The notes beneath the pieces were generated by a model. That model was not told the DNA's origin, did no database searches, and was given only the letters and a program-made list of their open reading frames with translations. A program made the position numbers and the translations under genes. From positions 1 through 64,000 of the forward strand of contig OZ234494.1 in assembly GCA_965153455.1 (NCBI GenBank): DNA of 64,000 bases, written 5' to 3'. Below, piece by piece: positions 26,544 to 38,090 of the stretch (its first letter is position 1; each line of letters starts with the position of its first letter). Source of the DNA: Sphagnum compactum (lineage: Eukaryota).

Positions 26544-29199
26544 TCACTTTGCTGCCTTTCCTTCCCTTCCATCAAGTAAGTCCTTCAGATACAGAATCAA
26601 ATCCTTCATAACCATTTTTTGGTTTTTCTTGAAGTCCCAGGGCACAGCAACTGGGTAACGGCCGCTTGCATTGTACTCTTCAAGCTCAAGTAGAGCATCC
26701 ATCACTGTTTTGCAAACTTTTTCTCCTAATTCCTCCTGTAACGCCTGCAGCTTTGGGTCATCTCTTTTGATTTCATACTGCAAGTACAAGATCATTAACA
26801 CTCAGTGACTATAAGGATCATGGGTTTGTGGCACAATTTGACTGCTCAAACACTAATCAATCCACTATGAATGAACTGCAGTTCCCAGTCATCTCTCTGA
26901 CCTCTCTAATGCACCTCCTCTGACCTGCAGGATTTTGTGAATTTTGTCGTCAGAACATCAGTGATCAGAAGAAAGCAAAAAGGCACACATCCTCAAGAAA
27001 CATTTGGAATTTTTTTCATAGGAAGCTGCTGGCACCTTCAACTCATTTGGAGTGACTTCCACCATTTTCAAGGGGCGGAGAGAATGGTCCTTCAAGAGGG
27101 CTTCCCACTTGGAGATTTGTGTTGCCATTTTGATATCCCAACCCTCTTCATGGAGCCTGTATCTAAGCCTGCAAGCTGGTTCCCATGGCTCCTTATCAAT
27201 TTCGCCCATCATTTTGTTAGCCAACTTGTCTTTTGCCCCATAATCTTTCAAGACCTTGCAAAGACAAAACAAAGAACAATGCAAATTCCACTCACCCTTC
27301 ATTACCATGTATCCAAGCAAAACATTCGCTTCCAAACAAATAGACAAGTTTTCAGACACACAGTGACAGTGATTGCCACAAACCTGCTATCTGTCTGAAC
27401 CCTAAAACCATTCTTTGAGTTCCAATACCACTTCAGACAATTTTCCCATCATCAGGGGCAAAGACCATTTTGTGCATCTGAATGCAAGTGTTTTTACATG
27501 ACTTCCTTTCTAACAGAGAATCCAAAAAAAACATCAACACACCAGGTTGGTGGAAGCAACAAAACAGTAGCATTGAGTGAGCAACATTACCATGACTGCA
27601 ACCTTGCGAGCTTCTTCAATTTCATCATTGCTGGCTTGCTCTTTCCTGGTGAGGTCTGATACCATGCTGTCACTAAGATCGTAACTAGCCTGCAAGTCGG
27701 CAAGCTTCAATTCAAGATCTTTGATGGTCTTCTCATGGGATTCAATGTTGTTTGCTTCATCCTGACCACCCCCTCCATCAATCTTGCCACGCTCTATCTC
27801 GAGCATTTCTGACACACGTTGAAATTCCAGCTCCCGGTTCTGGCTCACTGCCAACTTTGTCTTTTGCTGCTGCACCTGCATCTCCAGCTCCTTGTTCTGG
27901 ACCTGTCATTTTCAAACAATTTCTTTTTTCAAAAGAATGCTCACACTGAACATAAACACATTTGGTCTGCTGCTCCATTTCAACACATGACTCCAAACAC
28001 AAACAGTGGGTGAAGATCTGGTGCATGATAACCTCATGCTTCTCAATCATCTTCATTTGCAGAAGACCCTGATTGTAACGCATTGCTGCATGTAGTTCTG
28101 CTTGCTTGCTCACCTCCTCCAGTTGTTTCTTAGCCTACACAGGTGGTCATTTGTTATGAGCATTTCATGTGACTTCAGAGTAGAATCTTGGAACAGCTGC
28201 AGAACTGTGTAAACAGAAATACAAGTCTGTGGCCTCATGAAGTGATGAATTACCTCCTCTTTTGCCTTCTCAAACTGTCGAACCTCAGCTTCATTCTTCT
28301 GTTTCATGAGTGTCTCTGTCTGCTCCATTTCAGCACATCGCTCCTCCAGAGCCCGCATTTTGTTTGCTAATATCACTTGGTGCTGCAGCATCCTGTTTCG
28401 ATGTTGCTCTGTGTCCATGGCTGCTTTCTGATGCAGCTCTTCCAAATCTGAGAAAAGAAAACCAACCCTAATTGGAAAATGCCTCTGCTGTCTCTCTGTC
28501 TCTCTCTCCTAATCCCAAGGCTGCCTCCATGAAAATCCTGCTGCAAGCAATTGGAGAGAGTACCATGGACAACATTGCAACAACATGTGAAGCTACAAAT
28601 TTCACCAGTAAATGTACCTTGTTTGTGCTTCTCTTCCATCTTGCGTTTTTCCTCCTCCGCCTTGACACGGAGGTTATCAACCTCAGACACAATGTTTTGC
28701 AAGACAACAAACCGCTCATGACAAGCCTCAAGGCGGTCATTTCTTCGTCCAACTGCTGCCACCAAATTCTGTACAAGCTGATCATTGATCCTATCCTTGT
28801 CCTCCACCACATCTGCCACAGTCTTCAGATCAGAAAACTTGCGCAAGTGCTCTGTGAGAAGACCAAGCCGCCCTCTCAAATCCTGCAAATACAAAACACA
28901 AACACTGAGTCAGCACACATTTAATGTGGTTTTAGGTCTTCTTCTAGGGTTCACAAATGAGCAAACACGGCGTATAGATTCATGGCACAAACATGCAGTT
29001 TCTCTTTTGTGTTTTGATGTCGGAAGCTCTGTTTCTTGCGGTTCGGCGAGAATGGACATCTGTAAGTCCCGTCCGAATTCTTCGCCACGAGAATGCCGGA
29101 ATCTATCTTATATGTCGCCTCGGTCTCGTACATCTCGATTTCGTCGGACTCGAAATCGCCGGAGTCGCCGGACTCCGCTTCCGAAGAAGACGACGACAT
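26544..29199 (-). pseudogene. IDN2/FDM-like zf-XS / coiled-coil / XH protein (RdDM factor) with internal deletion of most of zf-XS and XS
   Basis: N-terminus MSSSSSE...KNSDGTYRCPFSPNRKKQSF (start of zf-XS), then exons from 28882: LTEHLRKFSDLKTV (XS end), coiled-coil exons, and XH motifs KMMGEIDKEPW, ALLELEEYNASGRYPVAVPWDFK. GT-AG introns. No XS core (FVWPW-type) between 29020 and 28882. Confidence 0.85.
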
Positions 29200-29869
29200 G
29201 ATATCTGCAACCACGAGACCCATCAAAAGGACAAATCTTCTCCGAGACGAACATACTTCGAATTGCAGCAGCCTTTCACGAAACAACACGCAATGCACAT
29301 CACTCGAACATACAAACAGAAGAAGCGCATAAGTCTCAGAAAAACCTTGCAAACAAGGACAATGCTTGTGCACTCCCGTCTACAACACAATTCAGATAAC
29401 AAGGAAAGAAAAAACACAACAAAAGAATGTATCCACGGAGAGACAGAGCTCGGATCGCAGGAGGATCAAGATCACCTTCAACAGAGGCACCGTCTTATTT
29501 CGTTCCTTCTTTCTTGCACAACGTTTCTTGAAACTTGGTACGCAAGAGAATGTTCGGTCCACAGTGTTGAAGCTACGACAACTTTGCTTCGATATCGCAA
29601 TCTCCAGCCACAGAGCCACCGATGCAAGGTTTAAGAGAGACTTTACGACGACAATCTTGATACTCACAAATCTTGCTCAACCAAAACAAAAGCAACAACA
29701 CAAAGCTCCTCCGTCGAGCTCAGTCTCTTTCTTCTTTCTCAAAATTAAACAAAACGAAAAGCAAGAAGGAAAAAAGAAAAAACTTGTTGCGGAGAAGCGA
29801 GACCATCAAACTCCCGGGCCTCTCAAATCGAGCTCCAAAGTTGCCAATCCGAAAGCAAAATCACACGAC

Positions 29870-30394
29870 TGAATGAATGAATGAAGGAAGGAAGGAAGGC
29901 AGAAACCAACCGCAAAATGTAGGACCACGAGTAGGTATTATAGCAATTTTTTAATTAAAATTTCTTAGAAATCCAAATAAGATAAATCCGAGTGATTTCA
30001 GCAAATTTTTGAATTAAAATTTCTTAGAATTTTTATTAAAAACAAAGATAATTTGACAAATTTTTGATGTAAAATCTCTGAATCTAAACCCTAACCCTAA
30101 CCCTAATCTTTGAGTTCGTGCGTGGCATGCAGAACGAACGAGCTTTGAGCTCACGTACCAGAGAGCTCGTGAGCGAGAGAGCCCATGGGAGGAACAGAGA
30201 GAATCACGCGACTCTTGAGGAATCGATCGAGCGCGAAAGAAGGATTCGAAGAGTAATTTGAGTTTGTATGTGTTTGTGTGTGTGTATATATTTTTGGCTT
30301 TCTGAAGCTGGTGATGGTGTTGTTGCGGTTATGAGGAAACGAGGAGGAGAGTGAAACAGGGAGGGGAGAGTGAAGGAAGAAGAAGAAAGAAAAC
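29870..30394. promoter_or_regulatory. Divergent promoter/5' leader region between FDM-like and RRP45 genes, with telo-box AAACCCTAACCCTAACCCTAA at ~30086-30106
   Basis: Two genes start head-to-head; contains a telo-box cluster and (GAAT)/(GAAG) and GA-rich leader tracts. Confidence 0.55.
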
Positions 30395-31350
30395 ATGGAA
30401 ATGGGTGGGATGCGTATGAGTATCAACGAGAAGCAGTTCATCGAAGCAGCGCTGCGGGAAAATCAACGCATCGATGGTCGAACGCCGTTCGATTTCCGTC
30501 GCCTGGTTATCAATTTCTCCAAGTATGTATGTATGTTTTGTTTGCTTGCGTTGTTCTAGCTCCCGGGAGCAACTTTCTAAACCCTTGTTTTAAAAATTCT
30601 CTTCAAGCAATAAGAAAGAATGGAAAGAATCCGTTGCTTCCACGCACTTTGCAGTTTTCTTTCTGTATCATCAACAACAATTGTAGAAGAATTATTACTT
30701 TGGTATTTTAGTTTCCAAACCTTCCTTCTTTGTTTCTGCTCTAAAAGAAAGCCAGAAAAATTATTATTATTTGCAGAGGAGATGATTCAGCCGAGGTGCA
30801 GTTAGGGCAGACAAGGGTGCTTGCGGTGGTGAGTGCCCAGCTGGTGCAACCCTATCCAGACCGCCCCAATGAAGGAACCCTTGCCGTTTTCACGGAGTTC
30901 TCGCCCATGGCTGACCCAGGGTTTGAGCCCGGTCGGCCTGGAGAGATGGCTGTGGAGCTTGGCCACATTATCGACCATGGCTTGAGGTAGGTACCTATCA
31001 GTCAGCTAGAATGCTTTCAAAATTTCAGAGCCTTCTCTCTTCTCTCCTGCAGAATGGGTTTCAAGATGTTGTTGTCTAGGTTATAACTTGGCAGTGGAAA
31101 TTGCCAACTGCTCATTCTTCCATCTTTGACTATGGCAAGGTAGTGTTGTCTAGGTTACAACTTGTCAGTGGAAATTACTGACTGCTCATTCTTCCATCTC
31201 TCACTATGGCAAGTAGATTATGGTCTGAGAACTTGTCTGTTCATTGAAGCTTCATCTTATGTGACACATGAGTGCAGGGAGAGCAAAGCAGTGGATACAG
31301 AGTCACTGTGTGTGCTGGCAGGCAGGTCTGTCTGGGCAATTTGGCTAGAT
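30395..31350 (+). pseudogene. RRP45: Exosome complex component RRP45, 5' fragment (exons 30395-30522, 30777-30986, ~31278-31350), truncated
   Basis: MRMSINEKQFIEAALRENQRIDGRTPFDFRRL / AEVQLGQTRVL...PYPDRPNEGTLAVFTEFSPMADPGFEPGRPGE...GLR / ESKAVDTESLCVLAGRSVWAIWLD. Homology stops mid-exon 3 where antisense ROCO sequence begins. Confidence 0.92.
31068..31213 (+). repeat. Tandem duplication of ~72 bp within RRP45 intron 2
   Basis: GTTGTCTAGGTTAYAACTTG.CAGTGGAAATT...CTGCTCATTCTTCCATCT...ACTATGGCAAG occurs twice. Confidence 0.8.
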
Positions 31351-34029
31351 TTTGCCACAGCTTTGTTCCTATCTTGATTCAATTTGATCAATGCATCTTC
31401 AGCCAAATTGATCACTCTTTGATCATTTTCAATGAGCCATGGTAACATTGTATTTAGACAAAGCTTTGAAAATGTGTTTTGATCCATCAAAGGGCTATTG
31501 GGATGTTTTGACACCCAAGCTTTCAAAGCAAGCCTCATGGTGATGCATACTTCGTACACAGGTGGCAATGTGTCGAGTAAGGCTTGAACATTCTCTTGAA
31601 TTAGCTTTACTACTAAGCGAGCTGATCGAGAGGAATGAGAATCAATAATGATTGGTTTTGATGCCACATCCACCTTTCTGTCAAATTTTGTATTCAAGTT
31701 TGTGACGATTCCTGGCGCATGAGCATTAACATCAATCTTGTCTGAATGTGTGAAAACCACAATTGCTTTTGGCTTAAAAATGTTTGATTGCCTATTTTTG
31801 GAAGCAATGAATCGAAGCCAATAATCCAATTCTCCTTGGATATTTGGAATTGCCTCTTGACAATTGCCTTGCAAATATTTGGATGGGTTACAAACCAAAA
31901 GGAATAGAGACGGGTAACTTGTGCCATCAAGATTGGGCAACATGAAATCATGAAATGCATGAAATTCTTCTTGACCCGCCATATCCCATATGGACAAATT
32001 CACTCCCTCTGTTACTTTCAGCTCACATATTTCAATTCCATGTGTGCGTTGTGTTTGTCGAAGCCCATCCTTTAGTTTCGACAAGAAGTCCATGATTGGG
32101 GTGAAAAAGATTTTGCTAAATGTGCTCCCATGGGCAAGGCACCGAACCAAGCCTTTCCTTGAAGTTGTTTTTCCTACAAGGTTGATGATCACACACATGC
32201 ACAACAGACAAAAGAATGTCAAGCAATTTGCCTTCATATTTGAAATTTTTATGGAGTATGTACGTTTCATTTTATGATATTTTTCACAATTTTCAATCAC
32301 AAAAACACATAAATTATAACACATAACCAAACCCCACATATGACCAATTCAAGTGATGTGAACTACAATATGTGCCAGTCTATATCCAAAACATGGATTA
32401 GCAAAATGATAGTCGTTCACAAATATGCCATAGGTTTTGTGCAATAGACCTTCAACTTTCATTAGCTTCTTGCATTTGATCTTCAAATCATTTTGTTGAC
32501 CCATAAACCACACATGCACACAATAGCTAAGGTCAACGTTAATCTTTGGCTATTATAAAGTTCAATTAAGCTTGCCCCAAGAATTGTTATGAAATTGAAT
32601 CATGACTAATAATAATAAAAATCGTAAACAATGTTGAAGTAAGTGATGTTGTGGTGTACAACAAGAGTTTTACCTGCATATGGATAGCCGCAGAGAAATA
32701 CTCGAGCAGATGTTGCCTTGGCCAAGGGTAGTTCCTTAAGTAGGGACATATACACTGCATTCTTCTCCAACTCTTGCTTCACAACCTCGCTCTTGCCCTC
32801 TCGTTCCAATTCAGTGCCTTCCAAACGTATATCTTCAAGGTTTTGTTGACCACCAGCATATCCATAATGGCAGGAAACACGCTATCGCTTACACCGTGAC
32901 AACAACTGAGGTCTAGGACTTCAAGGGAATAATTATTTTCGAGCGACTTGATGAGTGCGCACACATCTGATTCAGTGAAACCTTTAGTAGCACTCAAATC
33001 GAGCTCCTTCAATGATGAGTTGCTTTGCAGCATTTTGGTGAGGGGATCGACAATAGACGTGTGAAACTGCATATCGTCTTGTTTCACAAAAGTGCTGTCT
33101 GAAAGTGTGAGTTCGAGGAGAGTTGCATTGCTTTGTTGCCCATTTGCATCCACTGTTAATGGTTGGAGTAGTCTTTGCAAGTTGAGGAAACTCCCTTCCA
33201 ATTCCAAGTGCTCAAGGGTGTGATTCGTTTCAAGTGCTTCCGCAAAACTGTCCACTGAGTACCTGGTGAAACGTGGAGCCCAGAGAGAAAGCTCTTTCAA
33301 CGATGAATTGTTCTGCAACATTTTCGCCAAAACATTTGCAGCGACAGCGAGAGATTCCTCGTCCACCCAATCTTTTAGCAAAAGTTGGAGTTTGATGAGA
33401 GTTGAATTCTTTTGTTGACCATTTCCATCTGCAATCAATGGTTGGACCAATCTTTGCAATTCTTGCTCGCTAGGAACATAATTCAAACGCATGACGAAAC
33501 GCTCCAAGGTGCGGTTCCTTTCGAGTGCATTCGCAAAGCCGTCTAAATACCAAAAAGTGGGAGCATGGAAAGAGTAGAAAGCAAAGGTGAAATCTTTCAA
33601 GCCAACATTACTTTCAAGCATGACCACAACTTGCTTCAAGAAAATGTCGGAATTAGGTTGAGCATGTTGTGAGCCGTCCACAATTGAATTAATGATTAAC
33701 TCTGATACAGAATGGTTTTTGCACAAAGCTTTACAAAGCTGTACACCCAAAGCATTATTGCACATACGAAAATTTTGTTCAATAGAAATGGACTTCAAAT
33801 CCGTGCTCTCTCCTATGGCCTGCATCAAGTCTGTGTACTCCACTTCCAGTCCACAAGGAATGTCCATATCACGTTCTCCAAAACTAACACTCCACCGATC
33901 TTGATCCTTCTCCCATGGACCACGAAAATGCAGTGTCCCGATACCACCGGCTTTGAGAATCGCACAAAGCTCTTGCAATCCACCGTCCTCAAGAGTTTGA
34001 TCACCAGTCCCGTGACTCACTTCCGCCAT
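31350..34029 (-). pseudogene. TORNADO1-like LRR-ROC-COR (ROCO) gene, copy A: frameshifted and 3'-truncated (exons 34029-32674, 32173-~31350)
   Basis: RI-like LRRs (NxTLxxLxL, NSSLKELxL), P-loop split by an intron (CGYPYA|GKTT), RTHGIEI, WDMAGQEEFH, VFTHSD. One-base frameshift near 32830 relative to copy B. Ends at the RRP45 junction. Confidence 0.9.
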
Positions 34030-34569
34030 GATGAAGTCCGCCCTAGTGCAAGGATCTGGATCTCTCTCCAAAACAGATGTCAAGCAACAGGCAGATAGCC
34101 AACAAATTTTTTTATAAAAAAAATTCAAGAAAATAAAACAAACTACCAAAAAAAACAGAGCTGAAGCAGGAATACGTAGACAGCACAAAGAGAAATCAAA
34201 GTTGAAACAACAGTAAGTAAATATTACAAAGAGAAATCAATGTTGAACCAGAGTGCAAAGACAAAAATAGACTTGAAGCAGCAACAAGTCGGAGTAGGTT
34301 GCACAGACCCCCAAAGAAGAAGAAGAAGTTGAAACTAGAGCAAGTAGAGTACGTAGGCAGTGCAAAAACACAACAAAGTTGAAGCAGCAAACAAAGTGTG
34401 CAATGAGTGAGCTTGGAAGAGGGACTTAAGCGCACAAAACACTCGACGAGGTGCCTTTCCAAACAGGCGTGTACATAAACAGCCAGCAGACCATTTTCAT
34501 GCGTCTTAGCAAGGCTACTAGGAGGAACCAAAAAAGACAGTTCTGCAAGCCCGGACTTCCCACCCCCTT

Positions 34570-37500
34570 TTATTCAGAAGTCTCTGGTTCTTCCTACCAT
34601 GTATTAGTGGGAGTAAAAACTGATGGAGCACATGGGTGTGGGCGCCCAGCAGCTTTTGAACTCCATTGCTACAAATAAATTAGTCGGCAGTACACTCTGT
34701 GAACTGGGCTGGTTCGCTTGTTCCCAATTGATTACTCGATATTTTGTGTCATTGGGACCTATTTCTAAATGGGTGACCCAAAACCACTTCTGGGGGAGGT
34801 GGCAGGGGGAACAAGGGATTGGGCTCTAGAGATCTGTGTTTTCTTGGCAGGTCCTTTGTCTTCATTTTTCCTTTTTCCTCCTTTTTTGTGGGGTTGTAAA
34901 CAGTGGTTAGCTTTTTAGGCAGTTAATAGGACGTTGAGATATCTTGGGTGATATTATGAATTAGGTTATAGTCATTGTCAATTGCAACAAGGGGACAAAT
35001 ACACTTGTACTTTGGAGATGAGAAGAATGCTTGGACTATTTGCCAAAACTTTGGAGGTATGAAAGATGGCTGAATAACTAAAAGAGTGGACATTAATGGC
35101 TTGGAATGACTCTTTGATGGCCCAACCTTGGTAGTAGCCAGTCCCCCATGACGTTTATGAAGAATAGTCGGTTTCTCAAAAGGCCTTTTGCTCCACTGGT
35201 CAAGTGGGTTAGGTGGTAAAGAGGACAAAATAGGTGGCTAAAAAAAAAGGGTAGTGAAAAGTGGTCAAGTGGGTTAGGTGGTAAAGAGGACAAAATAGGT
35301 GACTAAAACAAAAGCGTACTGAAGAGTGGTCAAGTGGGTTAGGTGATAAAGAGGACAAATGGGTTTTGGCAGGATGTTAAACCCCATACGAACTCTCCTG
35401 GTGTCAGTGTGATGCCCACAAAGTCCTGCCGCAAGATTAGGAAAAATGTTTGGTGACCTTTTTTTTGGGACAATGAGACCAAGAACTTCCAGAGGCGCTG
35501 TCTTTTGCATCTCTAGTCCAAATCCAATGATCTAAAGCGCACTAGGTGCGCCCAGAGCTCCTCTACAACTAATCTTTGGACCCCAGAGGAAACTGAGGTC
35601 TGCTCAGATCACAAAGTTTTTCTGTGTTTTATGACCAGCCAGTTTACCCTAATCTTATCTTTTCATCACACAAACTGTGCACATGAACAGACCACATATA
35701 TATGGTAAGTGGTAGAAGTCTCTTGAATGGGCACTGTTTGTGAATTTCTTCATGTCCTTGAACCATTGAAATGTAACCATTGCATGCTAGGGTCACTGGG
35801 CAATGATGCTCCTTCCCTCCATACTACTAAATCTTAGTAGCCTCCTTGTCAGGGTCTCTTTTAGTGATTTTGTGATGTAACCAAAGTGGCAACTATCCAG
35901 AAAATAATGTAGTCAAATTTGGCTACATAATATATATGAAGGTAAAAAAAAAGAAACCAGAATCCTTCTATATTCTTGGCTACCCATCTTCTGTAAGTTA
36001 TTATAAGACTCTGGCAATTTGGAGTTTTTTACATTTGAAATCTGGCGAATTTGGGCCATTTATGAAAAATCCTTTATGTAAGTTGAAATCATATCTTTCA
36101 GGCCAAAATTTGGCGAAAATTCATCACTAAATGAAACACGGCTCCTTGTCCCCTCCAACTTGGAATTACTCTTTCACATGCCAAGATTTGATAATGGAGA
36201 TGCCAATGAAAAGGTGCATTCAAACCCTGTCGTACATGGGGAAAACCTTAGACAATAGACAAGTGATGCTTGGTAATGGGTCTAGTCCAGGTTTTACTAA
36301 TCAGAACCAAAATTGATGGTTGTAACTCGCCAAACTGGGTACCTGCCTAACACTGGTGTTGACTAGTGGTGACAAATTATTGAGAAAGAAATCGGTTACC
36401 AAACCATGTATGGATAACCTAGTGGTCAGTTACTGATGTTTTTGAAAACTGATCGGTAACCCAACTATTCGATAAACATTATTGCAAGAACCCGCAAGAC
36501 CCTTATGGATCAAGTATTGAATTTGCAATAAAAATATTTAAATGATTGGTATTTCATTGAAGTAGGTTATCAATTCTTAAACCCTCAAAATGTTTATGAT
36601 AAAAAATAGAAATTTTAATTAATAAAAACCCATGTAACCTACCTGGCCCAGGCAGTATAACCAAGGGTTCTCAAGGTCAGTAATTGAGAACTAACCACTA
36701 TGCATAAGCAGGTGGTCATTACCAAAAATAAATGAGAGTATTGATCACCTTGATTATTGCTTTGACAGTGAAATTGGTAATGGATGGATTTTAAATTTCA
36801 AAACAATTTGATATTGATACCCTGTGTGATCCAATTTTTTATTTTTATAAACTTACCCGGCTGATTATGAAAAAAAGGGATACCTGGCCAACAGTGGTGT
36901 TGACTGTTGACCTTGTTATACACAAACGGGTATACCAGTGTAAATTAAAGACTTGCCCAATGCCTGCCCCAACACCAGTACAAACAGTTCAATTATCCTG
37001 GAGCAGTTTGGGCGCCATTGATGATCATGGTATGTGTGTCAACAGTTCTTTTTGCCGAAATAATGGTACAATTGATCAAGCCCTTCCTCTGAAAGACTGC
37101 TCCAGCAACTGCCCTTGACATTGAAAGACTCTTCAAAAGTTTGCCCTTCACGGAAAATCTGAACGACCCAGTAGCTGAAATCCTCCTAGTAGATACAAGG
37201 AAATTAGTCTAGACAATAAGAATTGAGACTCCAGGTAATCTTCATCTCCATATAGCGTCTATTTTGCGCTTTTCGGCACCCTGGTGCCCTTTTTGACCTC
37301 TTGGCTGAGCCCCTCAAGGGGCCTTTCGGCTCTTTTTTGCAACCTGCCTTGCTTACTTACCTCTTTGGGTGTACAGTGTAGGGCACAGGTTGCCTGTTTT
37401 TCTTCTTTGGTTAATTTCACTTGGAAACGGACTTTCAGCTCATGTAGATAAAACACAGATTCAGCACAAAAACTGTTCAACATGAGGTTAGCCTTATGGG

Positions 37501-38090
37501 CAATCAAGAGTTCTGATGTGGTTTTTATCGATTTTTCATAAATTACCACCACATGTCACTGAATTGTAAAACCCTAAGACGAATTTACAGTGTATTTGCA
37601 GGTACATTTACAGGATGTAAGTATGTTGTCTCCAAGATGTTGTCTGCAAGAGATGCACATCTCATTTTTTGAAATGCCCGCTACTTGTTTTCTCAATTGC
37701 CCACGGTCACTTTTTCATTTTCCTCATCATACCTACTGGGTATCGTAAGAAATTTTCCCCAAACTAAAAAATGTCTTTGATGTTGATGTTCAGTAACATC
37801 ATCCAGCTGGGAGTTCCTGAAGTAAGCACCCCTTGCTGTGCCTCTGGCGACGACTTACTTCAAGAACTCCCTGCTCCTGGGGTGTTACCCTACAGAGAGG
37901 GTGCATTTGATTCTTTTCTTCAACAAATCATGTACCTAATAGATTTCACAGGTTGTCGAGGGGTCCCTGACTGCCCCACAAGACGAAAGCCACATACTAT
38001 TTGCTGGCTGGCCACCCAAAAGTCTGGGGTTAGAGCATCTCCAGCGGTGTTCAGTATATGATCCACATTGTAAAATTTGATGACGACAAG
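34570..38090 (+). pseudogene. Relic exons of an unidentified intron-containing gene
   Basis: Protein-like blocks bounded by AG/GT and interrupted by stops, e.g. VLFAEIMVQLIKPFL*KTAPATALDIERLFKSLPFTENL (~37046-37234), LAVPLATTYFKNSLLLGCYPTE (~37830-37900), SQVVEGSLTAPQDESHILFAGWPPKSLGLEHLQRCSVYDPH (~37943-38080). Family not recognised. Confidence 0.4.
35197..35360 (+). repeat. Three tandem ~64-bp units
   Basis: GTGGTCAAGTGGGTTAGGTGRTAAAGAGGACAAA at ~35197, 35261 and 35326. Confidence 0.9.
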
